Shown here piece after piece: positions 42,307-53,849 of a stretch of 64,000 nt of DNA. The notes beneath the pieces are model-generated. The model saw only the letters and a program-made list of their open reading frames with translations, did not search any database and was not told the DNA's origin. The first letter of the stretch is position 1, and each line of letters starts with the position of its first letter. A program made the position numbers and the translations under genes. The stretch comes from an uncultured Pseudomonadota bacterium (GTDB taxonomy: Bacteria; Oederibacteriota; Muellerivitia; Muellerivitales; Muellerivitaceae). The DNA is taken from positions 32,001-96,000 of the forward strand of contig CAWJKT010000014.1 of the NCBI GenBank assembly GCA_963843375.1. The letters are read 5' to 3'.

Positions 42307-42597
42307 ATGAAATTTCGTCCGTTACATGATCGTATTTTGGTGGAGAGAGTTGGAGAAGAAGAAAAGACAAAGACTGGCATCATTATTCCCGATGCGGCCC
42401 GTGAGAAACAACAAAAAGGCAAGGTTGTGGCCGTGGGTAAGGGCCGCATCAATGAAAAGGGCGAAGTGATCAAGCTGGATGTGAAAGAAGGGGACGTAGT
42501 CCTTTTTGAAAAGTACGGCGGTGAAGACATCACGATCGACAGCAAAGAATACGTGATCTTGAAGGAAGAAGGGGTTGTGGGAGTCATTGAAGGTTAA
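42307..42597 (+). CDS. groES: Co-chaperonin GroES
   Basis: RPLHDRILV, GIIIPDAA, VAVGKG and VLFEKYGG. Confidence 0.97.
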   Translation: MKFRPLHDRILVERVGEEEKTKTGIIIPDAAREKQQKGKVVAVGKGRINEKGEVIKLDVKEGDVVLFEKYGGEDITIDSKEYVILKEEGVVGVIEG

Positions 42598-42637
42598 TTA
42601 AACCAAAGTTGAAAACCAATTATTAAACATTTGATAA

Positions 42638-44294
<1,657 letters not shown>

Positions 44295-44334
44295 GAAGTG
44301 TTTTAATTCAAAATTCTAAATTTTGAATTCAGGG

Positions 44335-44367
44335 AAGCCTCCGGCGGAAACGCCGGAGGCTTTTTTT
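44335..44367 (+). terminator. Rho-independent terminator after groEL
   Basis: AAGCCTCCGGCG-GAAA-CGCCGGAGGCTT followed by a T run. Confidence 0.9.
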
Positions 44368-44379
44368 ATTTCAGGTTTT

Positions 44380-45564
44380 CTAGGGATGGCAGGTCGGGTC
44401 CGAGTAAAGCGCCCCTGCCGCGAAATAATCCGTTTTGACATCTTCCTGCGGCATAACGTCAATGTAGGTCATTAGTCCTCCCATATTCGCCGGTGTGGTT
44501 TCGTTTCCTTCCCCTTGGGGGCCGGGATTAATCATGTGATCCAGAATGTGGCAATGGAACATCCATATTCCCGGGTTGACGGCTTTGAAGGCGATATCGG
44601 CGGTCTGGGAGGGGCCCAAGTTTACCGTATTGGCTTCGTAAGGTTGATCCAGGGGGTTGCCGTCTAGTGCCACGACCTTGAAGGTATAACCATGTAGATG
44701 CATGACATGATCGTTCTCACCGCTGGCGTTCACTAGGCGCAAAATGACCCTGGCACCGATAGGAACCTTTAAGACCGGGGCTTCGGGGAAGGATTTGCCG
44801 TCCAAGGTAAAGACGTTTTCCTGGTCCGAACCACCGACTTTGAAAGAGGCCATTTCATAGAAGGCCTCCACATCGTAGGGTTGCTTGGCTTTTTCCGCTG
44901 GGTCCACAATCAGAAGACCGTGAAGGCCCATGTCCATCTGGAAGGTATCGTTGAAATGGGTGTGATAGAGGTGGGTCCCCTCCATTTGGGGGGTAACCTT
45001 AAAGGTGTAGATGTGGCTGCCACCCGGTGGTATAGGTTTTTGGGTAATGTTGGGCACCCCGTCCTCGGAGTTGGGAACGGCCAAACCGTGCCAATGGACC
45101 GTTGTTTCCTGGGGGAGTTCATTTTTGACGATGATCTTAATCTTATCTCCGACCCTCACCCGGATCATGGGCCCTGGAACCTGGTGGTTGTAGCCCCAGA
45201 CCGTAACGCGGGCGGTGTTGTAAAGCTGCCAGACGAACGGGGAAGCCGTCAAAAAGAATTCCTTGGTTCCGTCCGGCAAAATCCTGGGCCGCAGTCCCTT
45301 CCCGTGGAGGATGTCGTTGCAGACTGAGTCCTGGCGGTTGATTTCCTTCCTTTGAAGGAAAGGATTATCCAACTGCGAGTAAAGGATGACCTCATCTGCG
45401 TCGGGGCGGCGGGCGGTAGTGGTCGCGGGCACGTTAAGGGGGGCGGCCCCAGGGCCTCGGTGAAATGCCCAACCGAAAATAAACCCCAAAGCCAGCAGAG
45501 CCGCCACAATGGCTGGAAAAGCCCAACCTATCCGCATTAAATCATGCTCTTTAAAGAATTTCAT
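44380..45564 (-). CDS. Two-domain multicopper oxidase with an N-terminal membrane anchor
   Basis: HWHG, YHTH, HVMHLHG and FHCHILDH...GLM copper motifs. Confidence 0.9.
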   Translation of the reverse strand: MKFFKEHDLMRIGWAFPAIVAALLALGFIFGWAFHRGPGAAPLNVPATTTARRPDADEVILYSQLDNPFLQRKEINRQDSVCNDILHGKGLRPRILPDGTKEFFLTASPFVWQLYNTARVTVWGYNHQVPGPMIRVRVGDKIKIIVKNELPQETTVHWHGLAVPNSEDGVPNITQKPIPPGGSHIYTFKVTPQMEGTHLYHTHFNDTFQMDMGLHGLLIVDPAEKAKQPYDVEAFYEMASFKVGGSDQENVFTLDGKSFPEAPVLKVPIGARVILRLVNASGENDHVMHLHGYTFKVVALDGNPLDQPYEANTVNLGPSQTADIAFKAVNPGIWMFHCHILDHMINPGPQGEGNETTPANMGGLMTYIDVMPQEDVKTDYFAAGALYSDPTCHP

Positions 45565-45732
45565 TCAAGGGCTCCAATGGGGAAAGAATCAAAAAGCGAC
45601 CGCAAATAGATAACACTTATCCGGGGGTTACACCATCGGCGGGAAGTTTCAGGCGTGTAAATTTTTTAAGGATTGATAGGGGTTGAAGGGCCACTCATTC
45701 CTGGATTTTCGAAACCGGAGTCGGACTTTGAT

Positions 45733-45765
45733 AAAAAAACCCGCATAGTGAGGGCGGGTTTTTTT
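45733..45765. terminator. Bidirectional-type intrinsic terminator
   Basis: AAAAAAACCCGC-N9-GCGGGTTTTTTT. Confidence 0.8.
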
Positions 45766-45795
45766 GTCGTACGTTTTTATTCGTCTTGAAGAAAA

Positions 45796-47277
45796 CTAAA
45801 TCCCCATACCTGCCGGCTGGCCGGTGTCGGGATTGAGGATATAACGGTCGGTACGGGGCGGGTCGGTGAAATCAAATAACGAATTCAACGAACCGGCTAT
45901 GGCGTCGAAAGAGTAGCCTCCGATCCTTCCCAGACTCCAATTGTCTTCCACAAAACGAAGGATAGAAGTCTGGTCGGTGATTCCATGGTCCACGTAATTG
46001 TTCCTCGCATAGGGGGAAATAACCAATAAGGGGAGACGGGGACCGTAACCGGCTCGTCCTTGTATTCCCCCCATGGGGGGAATGCTGGATTCATAGGTGA
46101 AGTGGGGATCGGACATGCTTTGGGAAGTATTGACCACCGGCGGGGCCTGGTGGTCATACCAGCCGTCCGAGTCGTCGTAGGTGATGAAGATGGCCATATT
46201 GGCCCACTCGGGAGATTTTTCCAGACGGTTGATGGTGTTCACCAGGAATTGCTGCTCACAGGCCGGGCTGGAATCGGCGGGGTGCCCGGTTTGGGACGGC
46301 AAGCCCTTCACGTAACAAACCGACGGCAGGTTGTGGGCATCCAAAGCCTGCCACAAACAGTTCAGGTCATAATTGTGATTGGCCTGGTCAGTTTGACCGA
46401 TCATAGCTACGCTGGTTGGCGGAAGATGGGACGGATTGGAAGTGGATTGATAGTACTGGAATGGGTCGTAGTGGGGGTTGTATACCAAGGTGTCGCCGGC
46501 GTTGCAGACAAAGCCTTCCGTGGGATTGGCAAAGCCGCCAACAAAGGCACCCCAGGTTATGTTCTGCGCGTTCAAGAGGTCACCCATGTTCTTCCCGGTC
46601 ATATAGACGAGGTCGCCGCCGGTCCCATAATTATCGTAAAGAGGGTTGATGTTGACAAGCATCGTGCCGTTTACCACCTTGCCGGTGGCAGTCTGGGGCA
46701 TGCACCCGTTGGTCTGGCCCGAGATCAGGTTGATGTGGCCCACGCAAGTGGGACCATATTCGGTCCCGTAGAAATTATCGCTCATGGCGTAATTCTGTGC
46801 GTAGTTCCAAAGAGCGGTGACGAAGGCCCCGTCGTAATAGCCCATGACCTCATAGGGAATGGTGCAGCCGGTGCCTTCGGTATATTCCACGAACTCGTCG
46901 GCCGCCCCCTTGTCATAGGCCTGCTGTTCGGCCAAATAGGCGTTGTCCTCGTCACAGATGTCCTGGGTCGTCAATCGGAAAGGCTGGGCCGAATTCTGAT
47001 TGTTGTTCAGCAAGTCCGCGGTCAAGCCGTTTATCGTCGGGGTGTTGGGTTTCGGCTGGAAAATCACATTCCCGCTCCATCGGTGATGGTCTGGGGATAG
47101 GTTCCGAAATAATGGTCAAAGGAGTTGTTCTCGCTGGTAAATGATGACCACATACTTAATGGGAGTAGTAGGGGAGGGGCCTGCTGCCATGGTGACGGTA
47201 AGGGCTAGAATGAGAAGGGGTAAAAACAAGAACAAAAACCAATGTTTTCGAATTAAGAAATTTTTCTTTTCGCTCAT
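45796..47277 (-). CDS. Secreted phosphoesterase (AcpA/phospholipase C family), paralog B; two indels near 47133 and 47071
   Basis: Signal peptide MSEKKNF...AAG, then PIKYVVII, ENNSFDHYFGTYP, LWNYAQNYAMSDN, YDDSDGWYDH and GPRLPLLVISPY. Confidence 0.88.
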
Positions 47278-47336
47278 AGACGGCTCCTTTTAGGTTTGAT
47301 GGTTAAGGGAATGCGGGAATAAACCGCCAAAAGAAT

Positions 47337-47365
47337 AAAGGGCCCGCTCCTTGAACGGGCCCTTT
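47337..47365 (-). terminator. Hairpin/terminator after the NHL lipoprotein gene
   Basis: AAAGGGCCCG-N9-CGGGCCCTTT. Confidence 0.7.
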
Positions 47366-47395
47366 GCGGTTTGCTTTCAGTTCAAATTCATCAAC

Positions 47396-48523
47396 TTAAA
47401 ATACAGGCCCCCATTGCTCGATGGAGCCGGTGCCGGATGCGTTTTGGTAATCGGTCGTCCAAGCGCTTCCTCCCCCGATGGCCACCCCCGTCAAATATTG
47501 GAATGCCTCGGCTGAGGAAACACCCCCCTGGCCAAAGACGGAAAGCAAAGCGCTGGATGGCGACCAAACCTCAACAACGCTGTCGTTTTGGTCCGCGGCA
47601 TAGACATTTCCGCCGCTATCGAGGGCTATTCCAGTTATAAAAGCTCCCGGTTCTGCGTTATTTATATTGATTTGGTTCAAAAGGGACGATCCCCCGGATG
47701 CGAACTCGTCAATGTACCCATTGCCCGAGTCAGATATGTAAATATGGTTCGACGAATCCACCACCAGGGCCGAAGGCTGATCGAAAGTGTTGGTGCCGTC
47801 GCTTGAGATGGCGGTGACGGGGGTGAATGAGGAGTTGTACTCGTAAACCGCATTATTGCCGGAGTCCGCCACATAAACGTTTCCGGCTGAATCAACAGCG
47901 ATGCCCGCTGGTTCAAGATAAGCGGTGGAGCCATATCCCGACCAAGAGGCCACCGACACGCCGGCCGAGGTCAACTCATAAACCTGTTCATTTGACTCGT
48001 CGGTGATAAAAACATTGCTTCCTGAGATGGCCACCGCACTGGGTTCATTGAATGCGATGGTTCCGCAGGAGGTGAATGTATTCGTCAACGTTCCCGAAAT
48101 AAATTGTCGGACGTCTCCTGTGTCATCCGCCGCATAGATGGTGGTACCTGTACTATCCACTGCCAGCCCATTGGGATCCGAGACATTCGTTATTTGGGCT
48201 GTGAAAGCGATTGTCGCCTGGAAAGTGGCGGTGGGTGTATAGGTGCAAGTGTTGGTGAAGGTGGGGGTGATGGTGGGGGTCGCCGTTAAAGTGGCGGTCG
48301 ATGTCGTGGTTTTGGTGGGGGTCGACGTCGCCGTTGCGGTGGTCGTGCTGGTGGGCAGCCCTGTGCTGGTAGGGGTGCCGGTAATAGTGAACGTGTTGGT
48401 TACCACCACCGTCACGGGTGCAGAGCTTGTGGGGCTGCTTTTGTTGGAACAGGCCAAGTGCAGGGCCATTATGGGAGCCATCGCTAAAACCAAAAACAAG
48501 GTTAACCCGATCCGCGTTTTCAT
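47396..48523 (-). CDS. Lipoprotein with a Thr-rich linker and NHL-repeat beta-propeller
   Basis: Lipobox LAC; alternating TxT tract; repeats of the type P.G.AVDS.GNVYVAD. Confidence 0.85.
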   Translation of the reverse strand: MKTRIGLTLFLVLAMAPIMALHLACSNKSSPTSSAPVTVVVTNTFTITGTPTSTGLPTSTTTATATSTPTKTTTSTATLTATPTITPTFTNTCTYTPTATFQATIAFTAQITNVSDPNGLAVDSTGTTIYAADDTGDVRQFISGTLTNTFTSCGTIAFNEPSAVAISGSNVFITDESNEQVYELTSAGVSVASWSGYGSTAYLEPAGIAVDSAGNVYVADSGNNAVYEYNSSFTPVTAISSDGTNTFDQPSALVVDSSNHIYISDSGNGYIDEFASGGSSLLNQININNAEPGAFITGIALDSGGNVYAADQNDSVVEVWSPSSALLSVFGQGGVSSAEAFQYLTGVAIGGGSAWTTDYQNASGTGSIEQWGPVF

Positions 48524-48596
48524 ACATCTTCTCCTTTTAAAATTTGATTTAAAAAACAACCTTCATTCAAATTACCGGCATAAAAACCAAGTGAGA

Positions 48597-48624
48597 AATC
48601 CGCCGACCATGGAGCCGGCGGATT
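48597..48624 (-). terminator. Hairpin/terminator after phosphoesterase paralog A
   Basis: AATCCGCCG-N10-CGGCGGATT. Confidence 0.6.
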
Positions 48625-48643
48625 CTTTTATTTAATGACCTTC

Positions 48644-50156
48644 TTAAAGGTTGTCTGGAGCGCCTGTGTCCGGATTCAAAATCAGCCGTTGATCATTCGG
48701 CGGGTCGGTGAAATCAAAACACCCTTCAATGGAATTGGCTAGCGAGTCGAAGGAATAGTTGCCGATCCGGCCCAAGCTCCAGTTGTCCTCGACGAAGCGA
48801 AGGACGGAAGTTTGGTCCGTTGTCGTGTGGTCCACATAGTTTTTCTTGGCATAAGGGGAAATCACCATCAAGGGAAGGCGGGGCCCGTGGCCCATACGGC
48901 CCTGTAATCCCCCTAATATGGGAGGTGTATTGGACTCGTAAGTTCCGGGGGTATCCACGCCGGAAATATGGGAGAAATTAACGATGGGCGGGGGCTGGTG
49001 GTCATACCAGCCATCCGAATCGTCGTAGGTAATGATGATGGCCATATTTTTCCATTCAGGAGATTTTTGTAGCCGGTTGATGGTCTCCACAAGGAATTCC
49101 TGCTCGCAGGCGGGCCCGGAGTAACCGGCGTGACCATCCTGGTAGGCGGGAGCCTTTATATAGCAGACGGCGGGCAACGTGCCTGCGTCCAAGGCCTGCC
49201 ACAAACGGGTGATGTCATATTGGTGATTGGCGGGGCCGCTGTGACCGATCTCGCTTACGCTTGCCGGCGGGTTGTGGCTAAGATTTTGAGTGCTGGTGAA
49301 ATACTGGAAGGGTTCATGGTGGGGGATGTAGTCGGTTTCTGCGCCCTCAGGAGCGCCCGAGCAGGTGTGAGAGGTAGAGACGTTGTCGAATCCGCCATTA
49401 AACCAGCCCCAGCTGATATTGGCTGAGTTCAATAAATCCCCGATGTTTTTGCCGTAAAGTAACAGCCGCATTTTTAGTCGTGCTTGCGCCCAGATCACCC
49501 GTTGGATCAGCATCGTTAATTTGTGTACCGTTCACATTGGAACTTCCCAAACCAGTTCCTGTGACATAAGCGGTATTGCCGCAGATCAAGTTCAAGGCCC
49601 CCGGAGTGGAGGGGCCAAAAACGGTGTCGAAGTAATTGTCGCTCATGGCGAAATTCTGGGCATAGTTCCACATGCCTGTCACGACGCTTCCGTCGTAATA
49701 ACCCATGACCTCATAAGGAAACTCACAACCCGATCCCTCGGTGTACTCGACGAATTCATCCTCCGCCCCTTGGTCATTGGCCTGTTGCTCGGGCGTGTAA
49801 TTGTGACCCTGGTCACAAGTTGTCGTTTGCGTCAACTTGAAGGGCTGGGCGGAATTCATGTTGTTGGTTAATAAATCCGAAGTGTAGCCATTCACCGTCG
49901 GAGTGCCGTCCTTCGGCTGGAAAATCACGTTCCCTTTCCCATCGACGATGGTTTGGGGGTAGGTTCCGAAATAGTGGTCGAAGGAAATGTTTTCGTTGAA
50001 GATGATAACTACGTGCTGGATGGGTGTTGTGAGAGTTCCGGGTGATGAAGCGAAAACGCCGCTGACGGCAATCACCCCTAAGGCAACAAACGACAGACCT
50101 AAAATAGGCATTATTGGATTTGACCAAATCGACTTATTTTTCTTCACGGCTTTCAT
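48644..50156 (-). CDS. Secreted phosphoesterase (AcpA/phospholipase C family), paralog A; frameshift near 49460
   Basis: ORFs 49398..50156 and 48644..49513; ENISFDHYFGTYP, FGPSTPGALNL, IPHHEPFQY, DGHAGYS and YDDSDGWYDH. Confidence 0.9.
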
Positions 50157-50375
50157 GGATTGGTTCTCCTTTAAATTTTTTTAAGCTGATGTTTTAGTCG
50201 AGATGTTGAAGTCAAAAATTTATTTTTTTAAGCGCCTCTTTTTTTAAAACCTGTTGGATCGACAGGGAAACCGTGTCGAGGACCGGATAAAAAATTTGAG
50301 CTTTCTTTTCCAAATTCTTGTTTGATGATCTGAATCATATTTGAGAAAATTTATTTTTGAAGGGGCAAATAAGAA

Positions 50376-50405
50376 ATTAACTTTCAATTAACTGGAAGTT
50401 TACTA
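50376..50405. promoter_or_regulatory. Three direct repeats at an 11-bp period (OmpR/PhoB-family box-like)
   Basis: TTAACT at 50377, TTAACT at 50388 and TTTACT at 50399. Confidence 0.5.
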
Positions 50406-50809
50406 ATGAAGTGAAAATGAATTTTTGAATGATACGGGGAACAATAATTATTTCTTAACATCGAAACCCGAAGTTGAAATTGAAACTCATGGAGCTTTAA
50501 GAAGTTTTCGTTTTCCGAAAATTGATTGCAGGAATGCTTGATCGTTTTAACGGGTCTAGGGCAGTGGATAAATAACTTACGCGGGAGGTTTTTGGAGGAT
50601 GGAGGACAAAATTCTTTGTTTCGCGAGGGAGGAACATAACCTATCTGTCGCAGAATTACTTTCTGTTTTACAGGAAGGTAAAATTTAGTTTTTGCACATG
50701 AAAAAAAATATTGAAGATGGTAGGGTGAGCCCGGTTAAGGCCGGTTTTTCCACCTGCCGATTCTAGGACCATGTTTGTAACCGTATTTTAATAGGAGCTA
50801 TCTGGATCC

Positions 50810-52009
50810 GTGCCCATCTATACCTATAAAGCCCTGATCTCCAATGGGCAGGAATTGACCCGTGAGGCTGCGTCACCCAGTGAAAGGGAACTTCGCCAGG
50901 AACTGGAAGCACAGGGCGTTTTGGTAAAGGCTATCCGGCCTAAACGGATGATGAGTGGGATTTGGGGGGGACAGGCAGTCAGGCAGGAGGATTTCTTAAG
51001 AACCAATCAAGAAATGGCTACTCTTTTGAGGGCGGGCTTGACCCTGCCTGAAGTCCTTGAACTTGCCGCCGACCGGCCTGAAAGCCCGGTCTTAGCTTCG
51101 ATCCTGCGGCGCATTCTGGTTGAGGTCAAAACCGGGATTCCTTTTTCCACAGCCTGTGTCAAATATCCCCGGGTTTTTGACGGTCTATACCTTTCCTCCC
51201 TCAAGACTGGAGAAAGGACTGGTGACTTGGTAAAACCCCTTTCCCGTTACCAGGATTACCTGCGCCAAAAAGTAATTTTACGCGCCAAGGTATCCCAAGC
51301 ATTGGTTTATCCCGCCTTTCTTCTATTTGTTTTGATCTTGGTTCTGGGTCTGCTTTTTACGTTTGTGATGCCTCGATTCGCCGCCCTTTATACGGATTTC
51401 AATGCGGCTCTCCCGATGCCTACTCGAATCCTGATGGCATTGATTCATTATTTACCCTGGGTGGTGAGTCTTTTGGCCGGGTGCGTAATGATCCTATGGA
51501 TTGTCTTCAAGGCCTGGAATTCGACTAAATCCGGACGAATCTGGATGGACGGTGCCCTTCAAAAACTGCCGATGGTGAAACAATTCATTAATCCTTTCCT
51601 GGCTTCCCAGCTGTCTCGAACGCTTTCGACACTGCTTTCCGGGGGAACCCCCCTGACCGAGGCCCTAAAGGTGGCCAGGGAGTCCCTTTCCAACTGGGCC
51701 TTCGCGCTTCGGTTCGACCGGGTCATTGGCCGGGTGATGGAAGGGGAAGCCCTTTCAATGGCCTTAGAAAAGGAAAAATTGCTTCCCCGAACAGCGGTCA
51801 AACTGGTCAAGGTGGGGGAGGCTTCGGGGCAACTGGAGGCAATGTTCCAGGAAGCGGCCAACGTTTCGGAATGGGAATTGGAAAACCGCATCCAGCGGGC
51901 CATGGCATTGGTAGAGCCCGTTTTCATTCTTTTAACCGGTTTGTTGATCGGAACAGTCATTGTAGTGATGTATCTACCCATCATTCATTTATCCGATGTC
52001 GTTAAATGA
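50810..52009 (+). CDS. gspF: Type II secretion inner-membrane platform protein (GspF/PilC family)
   Basis: LLRAGL, GERTGDL, ALVYP, GEASGQL and VEP...MYLPI. Confidence 0.92.
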   Translation: MPIYTYKALISNGQELTREAASPSERELRQELEAQGVLVKAIRPKRMMSGIWGGQAVRQEDFLRTNQEMATLLRAGLTLPEVLELAADRPESPVLASILRRILVEVKTGIPFSTACVKYPRVFDGLYLSSLKTGERTGDLVKPLSRYQDYLRQKVILRAKVSQALVYPAFLLFVLILVLGLLFTFVMPRFAALYTDFNAALPMPTRILMALIHYLPWVVSLLAGCVMILWIVFKAWNSTKSGRIWMDGALQKLPMVKQFINPFLASQLSRTLSTLLSGGTPLTEALKVARESLSNWAFALRFDRVIGRVMEGEALSMALEKEKLLPRTAVKLVKVGEASGQLEAMFQEAANVSEWELENRIQRAMALVEPVFILLTGLLIGTVIVVMYLPIIHLSDVVK

Positions 52010-53793
52010 GACTTCTTCGGGGTAAGACGGGAAATCCACCAATGAATTTAGATACCAAGGAACCTGCCGGCAGGGTTTTAGAAATGAAACACCCCTTCGT
52101 TGCAAAACGAATAGGCGAAATTCTGGTGGCCAGGAAATGGCTGACGCAGTCCCAATTGAAAGAGGGTTTGAGCGGGGCCCAGGGGCTGATCGGCCGCTGG
52201 CTGGTGGAAAAGGGATATATCACCGATGCCCAATTGGTTCAGGCCCTGGGGGAACAATTCCATCTTCCCTTTGTGGACTTGAAAGGATTCACCATCCCGT
52301 CCGAATTGTTTGAGCATTTTCTGGCCGCGGAAGCCTACCGCCACAACGCCCTGCCCTACGGGCTGGATAATAAAACCTTAAAGGTTGTGGTTTCCAATCC
52401 TCTGGAAAGCCATAAACTGGCGGACCAGTTGGAAGCACGCACCGGCTTGAAGGTGGAGTTGCTTCTATCCGGCTCCTTGGCCGTACAGGAAGCCCTAGAG
52501 CGAAGCCAAGCCACTTCCGCCCTTTTGAAAGATTTTTCCAACGGGTTCAAGGTGAAAACAGAGGAGGCCGACTCCAAGAGTTCGGTTTCGGCGGCTAATC
52601 TGGATGACCATGACAGCGGCGTGGTTAGGCTCATCAACACCATCCTCCTGGCGGCTCTGCAGAAAAGGGCCAGTGATATTCATTTTGAAACTTACGAGAC
52701 GGGGACCGTTATCAAGTACCGTGTCGACGGCCTTCTTTACCCCGCCACCGAAAAGCTGGATACCCGGCACAACAAGGCTTTCGTTTCCCGCATCAAAGTC
52801 ATGGCCGAACTGGACATTGCCGAAACCCGTGTGCCCCAGGACAGCCGCTTTCAATTGCGCCTGAATGGCAGGGATATTGACTTCCGGGTTTCGGTCATGC
52901 CCAGCGCTCTGGGTGAGGATGTGGTGATTAGAGTTCTCGACAAGGCCTCGCTGAACGAGGAGTTTAGCCAGCTTAAGCTGGAGGCCCTTGGACTCTCGGG
53001 CGATACCCTGAAGAAATTCCGCCGAAGCGTTCGAGAGCCCTACGGCATGGTGCTCATCACGGGCCCCACGGGCAGCGGCAAGACCACCACCCTTTATGCA
53101 GCCCTAAGCGAGATCAATTCGGGGGAAGAAAAAATAATCACGATTGAGGACCCCGTGGAGTACCAGCTCAACGGGGTGGTGCAAGTCCCAGTAAACGAGA
53201 AAAAGGGTTTGACCTTTGCTCGGGGGCTGCGCTCCATCCTCCGGCACGATCCGGACAAGATCATGGTGGGTGAGATTCGGGACACCGAGACCGCACAGAT
53301 CGCGGTTCAGTCGGCCCTCACGGGGCATTTGGTTTTTACTACGGTCCATGCCAACAACGCCTGCGACGTCATTGGCCGGTTCAGCCATATGGGTGTGAAT
53401 CTCTATAGCTTTGTGTCGGCACTGAACTGCGTCATGGCTCAGAGGCTGGTGCGCATGATCTGCCCCAAGTGCCGCCGGAGGCAGAAACCGGACCCGGAAT
53501 TGTTGACCCTCTCGGGTTTGAAGGCTAAAGAAATCGGGGGTCATGCTTTCTATGCTGGGGATGGCTGCGGCTATTGCGCGGGAACAGGGTATCGGGGACG
53601 GCAGGCTGTGGCTGAATACCTGAACTTGACGCCACGCATCCGTAAACTGGTCGTGGACCAGGCTCCTGTGGACGAACTTCAGGCTGCAGCACAGGAAGAG
53701 GGAATGGTGACCCTGCGGCAGGCGGCGCTGCAAAAAGCCCTGGCGGGGGAGACAACCCTTAGGGAAATCAACCGGGTGACATTCGTGGAATAG
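52006..53793 (+). CDS. gspE: Type II secretion ATPase (GspE/PilB family)
   Basis: RIGEILV N-domain, ASDIH, GPTGSGKTTT, EDPVEY, LRHDPD and CxxC motifs. Confidence 0.95.
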   Translation: MRLLRGKTGNPPMNLDTKEPAGRVLEMKHPFVAKRIGEILVARKWLTQSQLKEGLSGAQGLIGRWLVEKGYITDAQLVQALGEQFHLPFVDLKGFTIPSELFEHFLAAEAYRHNALPYGLDNKTLKVVVSNPLESHKLADQLEARTGLKVELLLSGSLAVQEALERSQATSALLKDFSNGFKVKTEEADSKSSVSAANLDDHDSGVVRLINTILLAALQKRASDIHFETYETGTVIKYRVDGLLYPATEKLDTRHNKAFVSRIKVMAELDIAETRVPQDSRFQLRLNGRDIDFRVSVMPSALGEDVVIRVLDKASLNEEFSQLKLEALGLSGDTLKKFRRSVREPYGMVLITGPTGSGKTTTLYAALSEINSGEEKIITIEDPVEYQLNGVVQVPVNEKKGLTFARGLRSILRHDPDKIMVGEIRDTETAQIAVQSALTGHLVFTTVHANNACDVIGRFSHMGVNLYSFVSALNCVMAQRLVRMICPKCRRRQKPDPELLTLSGLKAKEIGGHAFYAGDGCGYCAGTGYRGRQAVAEYLNLTPRIRKLVVDQAPVDELQAAAQEEGMVTLRQAALQKALAGETTLREINRVTFVE

Positions 53794-53849
53794 GAAGTTG
53801 GCCCTTCCGCGAGGGGCAAGGTGAAAATTTTGAACGAAAGAACAAACGA

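Noticed and set aside
44305..44329. 11-bp AT-rich inverted repeat after groEL as a possible island attachment site
   Set aside because: No counterpart at the hicAB end and no recombinase; low complexity.
46060..47100. Long antisense ORFs (this 346-aa one and others opposite gspD, gspE, rqcH, fadD, rfbD and groEL)
   Set aside because: Shadow ORFs of GC-rich coding strands, with no motifs or RBS.
48225..48420. GGT/GGTG-rich repetitive DNA as a possible CRISPR or tandem repeat
   Set aside because: Explained by Thr codons of the NHL lipoprotein linker; no repeat-spacer structure.
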